A DNA stretch of 64,000 nucleotides, taken from positions 1 through 64,000 of the IMG/VR virus record IMGVR_UViG_3300023238_000005; one strand, written 5' to 3'. Below are positions 38,539 to 48,374 of the stretch, piece after piece. The position numbers and the translations under genes are program-made. A model generated the notes under the pieces. The model was given only the letters and a program-made list of their open reading frames with translations, made no database searches and was not told the DNA's origin. The DNA is from a virus. Positions within the stretch are counted from its first letter, which is position 1. Each line of letters starts with the position of its first letter.

Positions 38539-38739
38539 TCAGTCATCGTTGGCGTTCCACTTGAGAATTTCAACTTCTCCATCGTCTAGTTTTTTATGAC
38601 GCAAGAATCCTTTGTCAATTAATGCATCAATTGTTGCTTCAGTTGCATTTTTAAAGTTTTGTCCTAGAAACAAATAATACGTAGCAAACGATCCTGCTAG
38701 ATACGCTCCGAGTAACCACATTGTATTTTCAGTAAACAT
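38539..38739 (-). CDS. Small membrane-anchored hypothetical protein
   Basis: N-terminal TM helix. Confidence 0.5.
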   Translation of the reverse strand: MFTENTMWLLGAYLAGSFATYYLFLGQNFKNATEATIDALIDKGFLRHKKLDDGEVEILKWNANDD

Positions 38740-38743
38740 ATTA

Positions 38744-39499
38744 TTATACCTTGTATAGTTTTACATAATTAAGACGTGTTTCGTTTGCACTAAACAACTT
38801 ATTTTGTGCTTGTGCTTTTACTTTACCTTTGATACGTTTCATAGCACCTACGTCATGCTCGTACTTATTCATAAAGCTAATTAAGTTTCCATCTATTACT
38901 GCGGTATAGTTATAGCTTTCCCATTGTGTGCTAAAACGCTTGTCTAGTATCTTAGCAACACCTTCGACTATATCTGCTACGTTACCCAAGTGCTTACTGT
39001 CACGATACTCTACACGGATCTCTTTCTTTAATCCGCTTTCGTGCTTGTCGCGTCTTACAAATTCTGGAATATATGCAACACGACCTAAGTTGCTAAACTT
39101 CACTGTGTCCTGTGACACTGTAGAAATCATGTCTTTCTTAAAGTCGTCTAAGTCACCAAGCCCAAGCATTATGTAACGCTTCATCCACTGCTGGATTTCT
39201 GCAACTTGTGCATAGTCTTCTTCAGTAGGCACAGGGCGTATAAAGTCCATAGGTAACATGCCCGGACGTTGTTCAAAAGCAAACTTAACAAGTTCTTTGT
39301 TAGCAAACTGTGTTAAGTTTTCTTCACAACTAAAGCGACGAGTGTCTTTTAGGTAGGCGCCATTAATACGAAGTGCAGCACATGCAACAGCAAGTGCGTC
39401 TTGTATACTAACAGCAGGGTGCTTCCTTGCCCCAGTAGGCGCAAGCTCATGTCGCAATTCAACTTCAAGTTCATCGCGTTTAAATGCTTGTTTGCTCAT
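38744..39499 (-). CDS. Hypothetical protein
   Basis: Long ORF downstream of a sigma70-type promoter. Confidence 0.65.
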   Translation of the reverse strand: MSKQAFKRDELEVELRHELAPTGARKHPAVSIQDALAVACAALRINGAYLKDTRRFSCEENLTQFANKELVKFAFEQRPGMLPMDFIRPVPTEEDYAQVAEIQQWMKRYIMLGLGDLDDFKKDMISTVSQDTVKFSNLGRVAYIPEFVRRDKHESGLKKEIRVEYRDSKHLGNVADIVEGVAKILDKRFSTQWESYNYTAVIDGNLISFMNKYEHDVGAMKRIKGKVKAQAQNKLFSANETRLNYVKLYKV

Positions 39500-39553
39500 G
39501 GTGCGCCTCTGTGTTGTTTGCCTAATTGTTATATACAGTATAGCATCTATACA

Positions 39554-40021
39554 CTAGATGTCAAGACCTTTTTTACCTAAAAAGTCACCTTCGATGTAAG
39601 TCTTTGCCATGTGACACAATACACATAATGTATTGATATTGTCTTTGGTGTCTTTACCGCCTTGACTCTTTAAGTGAATATGATCTCCGTGCATTACACC
39701 ACGCATGGCTCTATTTCTAATAAAAGCATCTTCAACATGTCCAAAGCGTACTTCGTCAGTGCGTGGATCATATCCACAATTGGTACATTCCCATCCTCGG
39801 TAGAACGTATGTGGACGTTCAGGTTTGCCCATTCCGCCATAAGGACTACATTCTAGTTGATGATCTCTGCACAGTATGTTGCTGCCTGGACCATCGTAAA
39901 TGCTAAGTGGGTTACTGCAATCTTCTAGCATACAAGTTGGAGCAGCGCGATGCTGCTCCTTTAGTATCGCATTGCTCTTTAGATTATCGTTGCGCGGATC
40001 TCGTAAAGTTTTCATTTCCAC
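39554..40021 (-). CDS. HNH-like endonuclease with an extra Cys/His zinc cluster
   Basis: CTNCG...DHI...GG.D...N...LCVLCH..KT. Confidence 0.75.
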   Translation of the reverse strand: MEMKTLRDPRNDNLKSNAILKEQHRAAPTCMLEDCSNPLSIYDGPGSNILCRDHQLECSPYGGMGKPERPHTFYRGWECTNCGYDPRTDEVRFGHVEDAFIRNRAMRGVMHGDHIHLKSQGGKDTKDNINTLCVLCHMAKTYIEGDFLGKKGLDI

Positions 40022-41172
40022 AAGTCCTGCTTGATAACTGTATAACCATTGTTAGGTGTATACGTAGGAGTTTTCAACTTAGTACTTAATTTCATTTGTG
40101 CAATTAAGAACGGAATACCTGTGCGCATCTCTGTGCTGAATCCTTTAAGCCCAAACTCTGCATAGCTGTCTGGGTTAGCATTAGCGTACCATCGAGTGTA
40201 GCTCATCTTAACCTTGTCCCAGAACACACCGGTTTCGCCAAAGTTAGCTTCGAAGTAATCTTTGGTAAATGACACCATCTCCAACAAATACTTCTTGTCT
40301 ACTTTAATGTCTTGCTCATAGCACAAGTTAAAGTATTCGTACAACTGCCTTGCTTCTTTAGCACGTACAGGACGTTCCTCGTTCAAGTATGCCCAGTAGT
40401 CTGCAAACATACGTGTTACTTCTGGGTGCTTACGAGTTTTTAGACCTTTACTCATTAGCGTGTCAGCTAACAAAGTAAATGCACCTGGTGCATCTTCATC
40501 ACCAAACTTTGAATTAGTAGCAAATAATCCTGCTGCTTTAAAGTAATCATTTTTTAGTGCAGTGTCTAACCATTCTTGGTCAGTTGCACCATCTACTTTT
40601 ACGCCGAATACCATCTGCTTGTAAGTATCAATAAAGTCCAAGCTTTCTTTAGCATCGCCATTAAGCAAAATAAAGTTTCTGCGAATTTCTAGTTTCTGGT
40701 GCGAACTATAAACAACAACAGGAACCATTGCTGTTGCAGTACGTTCGCCAAACACTTTAGTAAGGATAATAAACAGTGCAATGCTAGTGTGCTGGCCATC
40801 CCATGCAATGTACTTTCCTGGGCGGTTCGGGTCTTCATATACTTGAATTGACATTACCATGCTTTCACTAAAGTATGATAGGATTTTTAGTATATGACGC
40901 ATGTTAAGCTCACGTTGCATAGTTTCATCAATTAAGATGCAATCCATGATAACTTGTATTGCTTTACATAGTCCAATTTGTTTAAATTCTGTCCAGCCAC
41001 GTGCTGCTGGAGGACTACAGTTGCGACGACGAAACTCGTCTACTACTGCTTCTAGCTGTGCTTTGAATTGAGGGGATTTTGCAATTGCTTTTTCTAAGCG
41101 TTCTTGCAGTGTTACGAAGTTGCTCTCTGATACATCATAGAGATCGTTGATCTTTTGTGCGTGGTTGTTCAT
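40012..41172 (-). CDS. ParB/Srx-fold-like protein (DGQH motif)
   Basis: MQREL...YIAWDGQHT...F..LN. Confidence 0.6.
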   Translation of the reverse strand: MNNHAQKINDLYDVSESNFVTLQERLEKAIAKSPQFKAQLEAVVDEFRRRNCSPPAARGWTEFKQIGLCKAIQVIMDCILIDETMQRELNMRHILKILSYFSESMVMSIQVYEDPNRPGKYIAWDGQHTSIALFIILTKVFGERTATAMVPVVVYSSHQKLEIRRNFILLNGDAKESLDFIDTYKQMVFGVKVDGATDQEWLDTALKNDYFKAAGLFATNSKFGDEDAPGAFTLLADTLMSKGLKTRKHPEVTRMFADYWAYLNEERPVRAKEARQLYEYFNLCYEQDIKVDKKYLLEMVSFTKDYFEANFGETGVFWDKVKMSYTRWYANANPDSYAEFGLKGFSTEMRTGIPFLIAQMKLSTKLKTPTYTPNNGYTVIKQDLWK

Positions 41173-41242
41173 CTTAGTTTCCTTTGCGCGGACATACTCG
41201 TCCTGGGTTTTTTAAGTTGTAAACTTTATTGCTTACTATACT

Positions 41243-41271
41243 AATATAGCATTGTTTTAGGCAGTTGTCAA
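41243..41271 (-). promoter_or_regulatory. Sigma70-type promoter upstream of the ParB-like/HNH pair
   Basis: TTGACA-N17-TATATT. Confidence 0.7.
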
Positions 41272-41514
41272 GAACTTTTCTTCAAAATCATCTGAAAAAA
41301 TGTCTCTCCATTTCTGTGCTACTCCTTCTGTGTGCTTGCATTTGCCACGGAATGTAAATCCAGGACAATCACAAGTAAAGCCTTTGTCAGTAATAGCAAC
41401 AGTATAAGTATTGCCCTTACTACCTTCGATCGGATATTCAAGTCCTACTGCCCAATGTGTTTTGAAGTCAAAGAGATCAGTAGGCTTAAAGTGTTTGGTT
41501 GCAAATTTACTCAT
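41257..41514 (-). CDS. SWIM zinc-finger protein
   Basis: GSKGNTYTV...CDCPGFTFRGKCKH. Confidence 0.75.
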   Translation of the reverse strand: MSKFATKHFKPTDLFDFKTHWAVGLEYPIEGSKGNTYTVAITDKGFTCDCPGFTFRGKCKHTEGVAQKWRDIFSDDFEEKFLTTA

Positions 41515-41980
41515 TGATCTGTGTCCATGTTTTTTTACCATAGTCGTTCTTTTCGCACCATGTAATAAACAATGCATGTTCACGACCCATTGCATCCCAT
41601 TCCCAAGGGCTTTCCCAATAGCTAGGATGCTTTGACATCCATTTGCCTTGCCAGCGTGTCTTGTCAGTAAGTTGACTTTCGTATAACTCGCCGCGAGCAT
41701 ATTGCTTTACATGCACCATTTCGTGACATAAAGCAACAAGCAACGTTCGGAGTTTTGATTTGGAGCATACTTCAACTTCAAAGTAGCGAGGACGATCTGA
41801 GCGTTCGCCATCATCTACCAACGGTAAACAATAGCCAAGGGCTTTGCCTTTTAAGTCTGCTATCTTTACATTTACATGTATACCTAGCATACGAGGCAAA
41901 AGCTTCTTTTGACAAAACTTAACTGCACTTCTGACGTACTTTTTCTGCGACTTAGAGCCGCCTTGAATAGTAACTCTCAT
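41507..41980 (-). CDS. Zincin metallopeptidase-like protein
   Basis: HEMVH (HExxH) followed by PWE. Confidence 0.75.
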   Translation of the reverse strand: MRVTIQGGSKSQKKYVRSAVKFCQKKLLPRMLGIHVNVKIADLKGKALGYCLPLVDDGERSDRPRYFEVEVCSKSKLRTLLVALCHEMVHVKQYARGELYESQLTDKTRWQGKWMSKHPSYWESPWEWDAMGREHALFITWCEKNDYGKKTWTQINE

Positions 41981-42015
41981 TGCACTTGCCCTTGTGTTGT
42001 TTAACTTATACTACT

Positions 42016-42044
42016 ATTATACACTCAGAACAGCTATTAGTCAA
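42016..42044 (-). promoter_or_regulatory. Sigma70-type promoter
   Basis: TTGACT-N17-TATAAT. Confidence 0.75.
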
Positions 42045-42438
42045 TAGCTGATTTGCCTATATCTGACTCATATGTAGGTGGCTCATAGCCTTTGAGTGTA
42101 TTTTTTACGTCATCTGGGGTTTCTGATAAACGTTGAGCTCGCAACTGGTAAGTTAAGTTCACTAGCTTAATGACACTGCCTGGTCCATCCCAAACTTCGT
42201 TCATCACTTCGTTAATATCTTCCAACGGAATTGCTTTAATATGGCCTCTGCGAGTTTCGCCAAGCTGTTTACGGAAGTATTCCAATAAGAACTCTACATG
42301 CGGTTCAGGTATTCTAGAGTGGTCACTAAATGCAAATGTGCCAGCAAACCCATTAATGCTAAACGGATCGTCTGTAGGCATATTTGCCCAATAAGTACTA
42401 ACTGCTCGTGGAGTTATTGCTCTTTCTTCGGTATACAT
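42037..42438 (-). CDS. Hypothetical protein whose C-terminal half is duplicated at 48655-48865
   Basis: Promoter upstream; internal homology within the window. Confidence 0.65.
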   Translation of the reverse strand: MYTEERAITPRAVSTYWANMPTDDPFSINGFAGTFAFSDHSRIPEPHVEFLLEYFRKQLGETRRGHIKAIPLEDINEVMNEVWDGPGSVIKLVNLTYQLRAQRLSETPDDVKNTLKGYEPPTYESDIGKSAID

Positions 42439-42473
42439 AGTGTGTATTCTCTTAATTGTATGATTGAGTAACT

Positions 42474-42502
42474 ATTATAACACAGGTTTAGGAGCTTGTC
42501 AA
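42474..42502 (-). promoter_or_regulatory. Sigma70-type promoter
   Basis: TTGACA-N17-TATAAT. Confidence 0.82.
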
Positions 42503-42503
42503 C

Positions 42504-42722
42504 CTATAAACGGTAAGTAACTCTGCCTTTTGTCATGTCATATGGTGTCATTTCGATACGTACTTGATCGCCTAATACCAAGCGTATTCTGTTCTTTCTT
42601 AGTCTTCCGCTAGTATAGCACACTACAATGTGTCCATTTTCTAGTTCTACTTTGAATGATTGTCCTGGAAGAACATCTATAATTTGTCCTTCAAACTCTA
42701 TTACATCATCACTCTTTGACAT
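42504..42722 (-). CDS. infA: Translation initiation factor IF-1
   Basis: IEFEG...LP...F.VELENGH...[10 protein letters not shown]...[19 protein letters not shown]. Confidence 0.95.
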   Translation of the reverse strand: MSKSDDVIEFEGQIIDVLPGQSFKVELENGHIVVCYTSGRLRKNRIRLVLGDQVRIEMTPYDMTKGRVTYRL

Positions 42723-42900
42723 CTGGCTCCTTCTTGCTAATTGAGATTTGACCGTCTTCTACGGTAATTTTTAAAATGTCACCTTCTGTCCATCCCATAC
42801 GTTCTGAGATTTCAGGTGGAATGTTCATATTGACATTTTCTGGATCACCTTCAATATCTTCAAAGATGTCTTCTACTTTATATGTAATTATTTTGCTCAT
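42709..42900 (-). CDS. AbrB/MazE-like small DNA-binding protein
   Basis: [19 protein letters not shown]. Confidence 0.6.
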   Translation of the reverse strand: MSKIITYKVEDIFEDIEGDPENVNMNIPPEISERMGWTEGDILKITVEDGQISISKKEPDVKE

Positions 42901-43679
42901 AATATATTTATCTCCATATGTTGAGGACTAGCTTGCATTACATTAAACGCATACCCACGAATAGGATACACGTAAGTTACGTTTGAGCTTACTTTAATTT
43001 TACCACAAGCAGCAAATGCATTCCATGCCGGAACTCCATATTCGTTGGCACCAAGAACCACTCGCATTAGATAATTATTTGGAGTTTTCCAAAAATAGTG
43101 AATTTCATTGTTGCCATTTGATTTAATTTTGAATTTGTCTACAAACTCAACAACTCCGTCAAATTTAGGATATTCTAAAGATTTATTTTTAGGAACACTT
43201 TTACACCCTTTCATTACATGCTCTAGCGAACGATTCTGTTCGTAGATACGAACAAGGCTAACTAATATTTTTACGTGTTCTTTATTAATCTTATTACGAT
43301 TCTCAATTAAATCGTCTACTGCTAACATATACTCGCTAACAAACTCGCCTTTGATTCGACGCATAGTATGCTTCTTGGCAAAGTAATCGTAAATCTCAGC
43401 AGCCTGTGCTTGATGTTCAATATTAATTTTAGTTGTACTGTCAAGCTGTTTGCCCACTCGTTCGAGTGTTTCATAAATTTCAACTCCAGATTTTCCTGCT
43501 TCATGCATCGCAACTACAATAGCCAGCGGAGGAGTAGTAAACTCTAGATATTCGATAGGTTTTTCTGTTTTACTGTTGTCAATAGTATCCCATTCGTCAA
43601 TCCAAACTGCTGTTGCTTTTTTACCAAAGATACTTTTACCAGATTGTCTTGCTGTCATTACTGCTAGTGAAGTTCCCAT
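42897..43679 (-). CDS. Hypothetical protein
   Basis: Long ORF; start set at ATG 43679. Confidence 0.6.
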   Translation of the reverse strand: MGTSLAVMTARQSGKSIFGKKATAVWIDEWDTIDNSKTEKPIEYLEFTTPPLAIVVAMHEAGKSGVEIYETLERVGKQLDSTTKINIEHQAQAAEIYDYFAKKHTMRRIKGEFVSEYMLAVDDLIENRNKINKEHVKILVSLVRIYEQNRSLEHVMKGCKSVPKNKSLEYPKFDGVVEFVDKFKIKSNGNNEIHYFWKTPNNYLMRVVLGANEYGVPAWNAFAACGKIKVSSNVTYVYPIRGYAFNVMQASPQHMEINIL

Positions 43680-43690
43680 TGTTTTTGCCT

Positions 43691-44077
43691 TTATGCTGCT
43701 AATAAGTTTTGTGCTAAATTCATTGCTGTTGCTGTTGCTGGGATAACACTGCCCAGCATTACTGCCTTGTCGTTCCAATAGATGCCTACAAGTGTCCAAC
43801 TAGTTGCTCCTAGTAGATAACAACCTTGTCCGTATACACCAAAGCCTGCACTTTGTAAAAAGATACCACCTACTGCAAAGACTACACCTATCCACTTTAG
43901 ATAACTGTCAGGGCCTCCTGTGGGAGTACTAGGAGCAACAATCTCAAACTGATGTTGCATGTCCTCTAGCTCTTTTTGTAGTCGTGCTTTTTCCTTGCTC
44001 AATTCCATAGCAAGGGTTGCTGCCTTGCTCATAGTGCTTTCAGCTTGGTATTCTTCTTTGGTAGTAGTATCGTCCAT
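43691..44077 (-). CDS. Coiled-coil plus membrane hypothetical protein
   Basis: YLKWIG...W..VG..WND hydrophobic C-terminus. Confidence 0.6.
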   Translation of the reverse strand: MDDTTTKEEYQAESTMSKAATLAMELSKEKARLQKELEDMQHQFEIVAPSTPTGGPDSYLKWIGVVFAVGGIFLQSAGFGVYGQGCYLLGATSWTLVGIYWNDKAVMLGSVIPATATAMNLAQNLLAA

Positions 44078-44138
44078 TATCCTGACTCTATCATTGCTAA
44101 TACAATTCCGCCTACCCATAAAATTACTAATAACTCAA

Positions 44139-44384
44139 TCATAGGTCAACTCCAAAATGTTGTTTCACTGCTTGAGAAAAGTTGTTGGCTTGAAACTCAC
44201 CAGCATCTAGGTGCTCGTATGTTTGACCTTCATTCTGAATTGCTTGAATACATTCCTCTACAATCAACTGGGCGAACTTTTCTAAATGCTGATCTGTTCC
44301 TGCAATCACACTCCACCCAAATGACTTATCCTCAAATAGTCTAATCTGAGCTTGTTCGGCAAGTAGTTTAATACGTTCGTTCAT
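44139..44384 (-). CDS. MNERI...FAxxIVxEC...HFGV small-protein family, copy A
   Basis: Shares motifs with three other nearby ORFs. Confidence 0.7.
   Translation of the reverse strand: MNERIKLLAEQAQIRLFEDKSFGWSVIAGTDQHLEKFAQLIVEECIQAIQNEGQTYEHLDAGEFQANNFSQAVKQHFGVDL
44145..44276. repeat. 132-bp direct repeat, second copy at 45588-45719
   Basis: One mismatch found by manual comparison. Confidence 0.92.
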
Positions 44385-44625
44385 CGTAGTGCCTGTTATC
44401 ATAAAAAATAAACTCAAAGTTGTATCCAAACAACCCAATGTCAAAATTAAAGCCGGCGTGGTCTTGTTTAAAGCTAGTAATCCCAAAACTAAATTCAAAT
44501 ATGCAGTTGTTCCTGTACAGTGCAACTTCAATAGTTTTGTTTTCAGTGACTGTAATTGCTTTATCAACAATTACCGCATGCCGTTGAAGCCATGGGTTTC
44601 TTAGAGCAAATCCAATGTAAATCAT
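44368..44625 (-). CDS. Hypothetical protein
   Basis: Coupled ORF. Confidence 0.55.
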   Translation of the reverse strand: MIYIGFALRNPWLQRHAVIVDKAITVTENKTIEVALYRNNCIFEFSFGITSFKQDHAGFNFDIGLFGYNFEFIFYDNRHYDERTY

Positions 44626-44837
44626 TCTTCAACTCCGAAATGTTGTTTAATCTTGCTCACAGTCAGAATATCGTATCCTTCTGAGCAAGGTTGTTCATCG
44701 CTCCACACATTCACAACACCCACACATTCCTGCACAATCGATTCAGCAAACGATTGTAGGCATAATTGAAAATGAGGGTTAGGCTCTATGTCCAGACTCC
44801 AAACCTTATCAGCGAGTTGTTTAATTTTTTTGTTCAT
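44622..44837 (-). CDS. Small-protein family, copy B
   Basis: MNKKIKQLAD...FAESIVQEC...KQHFGVE. Confidence 0.7.
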   Translation of the reverse strand: MNKKIKQLADKVWSLDIEPNPHFQLCLQSFAESIVQECVGVVNVWSDEQPCSEGYDILTVSKIKQHFGVEE

Positions 44838-44861
44838 AATGTTCTTTCTTGTTTCAATCGT

Positions 44862-45386
44862 TCAGCTCATAAATGGGAGTTCAGTCAAATCCTCATTAGG
44901 AAACTGTTCAGTTGGAGTAAACACGTACTCGGACTTCTCGGGTTTTACCCACGGAAATTCAATAGGAACACACGAGTCTGAATTAGTGAAATACGACTTG
45001 AATAGTTTACTGTCATCAATGTCCGGTGATGAGCACCATTCCCAGAATACTTTGCTATCCAACCAATATGCTTGACCATCGAAACGATCAGCTCGTTTGA
45101 ACACAGAACACATTCGTTTGTTCTGGAACACGCCATCTCCAACTTCATGCCATTCATCATCGGCGCCAGTCAGCGGACCTAGTGGTTCGAAACTTGCGAT
45201 TTTCTTGAATAAGTTGATTGTATAAGATGCGGAAGATCCAGAGTGACCTTCATCAGCAAAGATATCAAGCATTTTCAATACATTAGTACAGATCGCTTCT
45301 TGCATCTCATTGTTGTACTTTCCAGTGTCGTCTACCCAACCGGCAGCTTTGAATTCTGCCAGTGCGTGAAATTTATAGTTACTCAT
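44862..45386 (-). CDS. Hypothetical phage protein
   Basis: FADEGHSGSSA...PLTGADDEW motif; SD upstream of ATG 45386. Confidence 0.65.
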   Translation of the reverse strand: MSNYKFHALAEFKAAGWVDDTGKYNNEMQEAICTNVLKMLDIFADEGHSGSSASYTINLFKKIASFEPLGPLTGADDEWHEVGDGVFQNKRMCSVFKRADRFDGQAYWLDSKVFWEWCSSPDIDDSKLFKSYFTNSDSCVPIEFPWVKPEKSEYVFTPTEQFPNEDLTELPFMS

Positions 45387-45387
45387 A

Positions 45388-45585
45388 TTATTTTCCTTTA
45401 AAATTAACCAGTGCTTGCAAACAATCCCATTGGCCCCAAGTGAGTGAGAATTGACGTTCACTAAGTGTAAAGTCAAAACCCTCGCCGTTATGCCATTCAC
45501 ACACTTCTATGAAGTCATGTTCTTTGGCTGTATGGTCATACGGTTTGAGTTCAGCAAACTTTGCGCTACGATTATATTGTTCCAT
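45388..45585 (-). CDS. Hypothetical protein
   Basis: EWHNGEGFD; coupled ORF. Confidence 0.55.
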   Translation of the reverse strand: MEQYNRSAKFAELKPYDHTAKEHDFIEVCEWHNGEGFDFTLSERQFSLTWGQWDCLQALVNFKGK

Positions 45586-45821
45586 TAGTCAACTCCAAAA
45601 TGTTGTTTCACTGCTTGAGAAAAGTTGTTGGCTTGAAACTCACCAGCATCTAGGTACTCGTATGTTTGACCTTCATTCTGAATTGCTTGAATACATTCCT
45701 CTACAATCAACTGGGCGAATTTTTTCATTTGGTTATTACTGAATTCAAAGTACGGAACAGTTCCGCCAACATGGTATATATGACCTGCTTCTTTAGCAAA
45801 TTCAAGGATTCGTTCGTTCAT
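45585..45821 (-). CDS. Small-protein family, copy C
   Basis: C-terminal half nearly identical to copy A. Confidence 0.7.
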   Translation of the reverse strand: MNERILEFAKEAGHIYHVGGTVPYFEFSNNQMKKFAQLIVEECIQAIQNEGQTYEYLDAGEFQANNFSQAVKQHFGVD

Positions 45822-46015
45822 TTTTCAACTCCGAAATGGGTTAGGACATTTCCGCCAATCCATTCACATTTATTTTCATCAGCAAGATCCGCAACACGAG
45901 CACATTCCTGCACAATCGATTCGGCAAACGACTGCAAGCATAATTGAAAATGTGGGTTCGGCTCAATGTCTAAACTCCAGATCTTATCAGCAAGTTTTTT
46001 AATTCGTTCGTTCAT
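45818..46015 (-). CDS. Small-protein family, copy D
   Basis: N-terminal half nearly identical to copy B. Confidence 0.7.
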   Translation of the reverse strand: MNERIKKLADKIWSLDIEPNPHFQLCLQSFAESIVQECARVADLADENKCEWIGGNVLTHFGVEK

Positions 46016-46016
46016 A

Positions 46017-46736
46017 TTAATCCCAGAGATTTTGGTAGTACTTTCCAAACAAGCGGAATCCGTTTTGGATACGTGCTTCGTATGCTTTGCGTCCTTCCCA
46101 ATCATACACTTTAGTATCATTAGGACCGCGAATCATTTGGCTGTTACCGTTTTCGAGTTGCTTCCACTGTAGATCACTTTCTCCAGTTTCAAACTGTTCT
46201 TCCCAACGTCCGTCATCAACTTTAGTTTCAAACGCAAAGATCATTTCTCCCATTACCCAATCCCAGCGTTCAAAATGTTTGTCGTCTAGTTCGCCCAAAT
46301 CTTTCTGCTTTTTAGTAAGTTTCTTGCCGTGTAGTTCTTTAGGTACATCTGCTAAATCTACATACGGAGCACCGTGTTTGGCAGCCTTTAGTTGTACAAG
46401 CATAGGCAGAACGATGTGGGCAAGAGTACTGTCCATACTCCAAGTATCCCAGCGATCAATGTGTACTTTGATCTTACGTTTCTTGAAACTTTCAATCCAG
46501 ATAAGAAACTTGTACAACCAAGTAGTGTGACGCTCACGATCCCAACTACGGATTTCTCCTACTTCTGCTTCAGGTTCTACACTACCGTGAGCAAGGTATT
46601 CACCAAACTTGTGTACCCAGTCAGGCTTATCTTTCATGCCGTGTTCGTCTTCTACTTCTTTAACCCAAAAGCAAAGTAGTTCAGCGAGCTGATATGGTCC
46701 AACCCAGGATGTATACGGTCCTATTTTAACTTTCAT
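46017..46736 (-). CDS. Conserved phage hypothetical protein
   Basis: DTWSMD.TLA...GFRLFGKYYQNLWD. Confidence 0.65.
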   Translation of the reverse strand: MKVKIGPYTSWVGPYQLAELLCFWVKEVEDEHGMKDKPDWVHKFGEYLAHGSVEPEAEVGEIRSWDRERHTTWLYKFLIWIESFKKRKIKVHIDRWDTWSMDSTLAHIVLPMLVQLKAAKHGAPYVDLADVPKELHGKKLTKKQKDLGELDDKHFERWDWVMGEMIFAFETKVDDGRWEEQFETGESDLQWKQLENGNSQMIRGPNDTKVYDWEGRKAYEARIQNGFRLFGKYYQNLWD

Positions 46737-47151
46737 AATCGTTTCCTATATCTTGTTCAGCAATAGCTCTAGCATCGTGTAATGCGTTGTGCGGCACTTT
46801 ACTATCACCACTGCTTAGATCACGTCTTGATTCCATTGTAATTGGCGGGTAATTTAAACAAACTCCTGGACCTACTATCAATGCTTCACAGAAGTGCTTT
46901 ATATCATCGGGCCAATCTGATATTAACTGAATATTAGTATACTGATATAAAAACAATTGCAGTGTATGTTGAAACTCGTGTATAGATACTGGCTCTTTTT
47001 CTAAAAACGGCATAACATTCTTTGCTACCCAACTTTTTGGGTTTTCACATGCTAGTACTTCATAAAATTCTTCTCCATCTGCTGCTACTAATGCCATTGA
47101 TATTAGTGCTCCTTGAAACTCGTTAAACTCTGTGTCAATATAAATTCTCAT
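46726..47151 (-). CDS. DEDDh 3'-5' exonuclease-like protein
   Basis: YIDTEF...D...HNALHDAR. Confidence 0.8.
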   Translation of the reverse strand: MRIYIDTEFNEFQGALISMALVAADGEEFYEVLACENPKSWVAKNVMPFLEKEPVSIHEFQHTLQLFLYQYTNIQLISDWPDDIKHFCEALIVGPGVCLNYPPITMESRRDLSSGDSKVPHNALHDARAIAEQDIGNDYES

Positions 47152-47173
47152 TTTGTATCCTCGTATGGAAGTG

Positions 47174-47554
47174 TCATGATAGATTTGTAATTAAATTATA
47201 GTTGTCCCACGCCTTTTGTTGGGCAGGAGTGTGTTCGTCTATTGACACCGAACAGTCTAACCAATAGTTCCGCATGCGTGGCGGGCGTGCCTGGAATTGT
47301 CTAGGCTGATGGATTAGTCCACGATTGAACATTACTGTTGTAAGTTCTCTAAATTCTTCTTCATAGGGTAGATAATCCATCCACTCAGCATTACTTAACC
47401 CTCCTTGTGTGTAGGCCCGCCATACATCGTTCCACTCGTTATCCTTTGTTGGGTTAAAATCAGTTCGTGCTATAATAACAATCACTTTGTCTAGTGTTAC
47501 TTTTTTGTCGTAGATGTCTCGTAAGCATCTACTAAAACTTAATCCAATTTTCAT
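47174..47554 (-). CDS. Hypothetical protein
   Basis: Coupled ORF. Confidence 0.6.
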   Translation of the reverse strand: MKIGLSFSRCLRDIYDKKVTLDKVIVIIARTDFNPTKDNEWNDVWRAYTQGGLSNAEWMDYLPYEEEFRELTTVMFNRGLIHQPRQFQARPPRMRNYWLDCSVSIDEHTPAQQKAWDNYNLITNLS

Positions 47555-47796
47555 AAACTATCCTGATTAATAAAGTCGGGCCATTGTGTTGCAAACAGTG
47601 CTGCATGTTCTGCAAATTCAAAATAGAACGTATGTTCGTACACGTTTGTCCATGTATTCATTTTCCATTGCTGTCGTTCTAAGTTTCTTCGACACCAAGT
47701 TTTACCTTGAGTATCGAGGTCGCTGTGTAAACGTACAGGATTATTTTCTGTACGCATCCAATTCATTTTATAGTCTGCTATTTCTTGTGGTTTCAT
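47551..47796 (-). CDS. Hypothetical protein
   Basis: Directly downstream of a sigma70-type promoter. Confidence 0.55.
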   Translation of the reverse strand: MKPQEIADYKMNWMRTENNPVRLHSDLDTQGKTWCRRNLERQQWKMNTWTNVYEHTFYFEFAEHAALFATQWPDFINQDSL

Positions 47797-47802
47797 AATA
47801 CT

Positions 47803-47831
47803 ATTATACAACCTTTATTGTACTTTGTCAA
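47803..47831 (-). promoter_or_regulatory. Sigma70-type promoter
   Basis: TTGACA-N17-TATAAT. Confidence 0.82.
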
Positions 47832-48374
47832 CCAACTAAATATATATATGAATGATACTTATAACTTAGCTTTATTTGACATTGTCAAAGAAACTTCCGC
47901 TACAGGCGGTTACGATTTACCTGAACCAATTGAAGCATATATAGTTATCTTAAATTACAATATCATCAAGTGCATTTGTAGGTAACAATTCAAAAACTGT
48001 TATTTGGTTGTACATTAAAAACAACAAACACAACACCAGACAACCAGTACCTGCGTAGATTAGTAATTTTTCTATGGCTTGGCCAAGCCGCATTTTAAAA
48101 AGTCTAGTTGTTATGAAGTTACCAGTAGTAATTATCGCATAAACAGCTACTAAAAATTGCCAGAAATACAATACTACAAATATAAATGACATCGGCGTAC
48201 TGAATAAAAAATAACTACCTTGGTTAACTTGCAATGCGGTAATAAAAAGAACTGCAAATATTAGAATACTTTTGAATGCATCTTGTATTATATTTTTTAA
48301 TATTCTTTTTACAACATCGCATACGTCAGTCGCGTACGAACCGCCGCGATTTAGCCATTGATCAAAGTGTGAAC

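Noticed and set aside
42897-43799. ARQSGKS and WIDE motifs suggesting a terminase or ATPase
   Set aside because: The two motifs are only about 10 residues apart and the rest of the protein lacks a P-loop NTPase pattern; at most a remnant.
44145-45719. 132-bp near-identical repeat as a DGR template/variable pair
   Set aside because: Only one mismatch, both copies lie in coding ORFs, and no reverse transcriptase is in the window.
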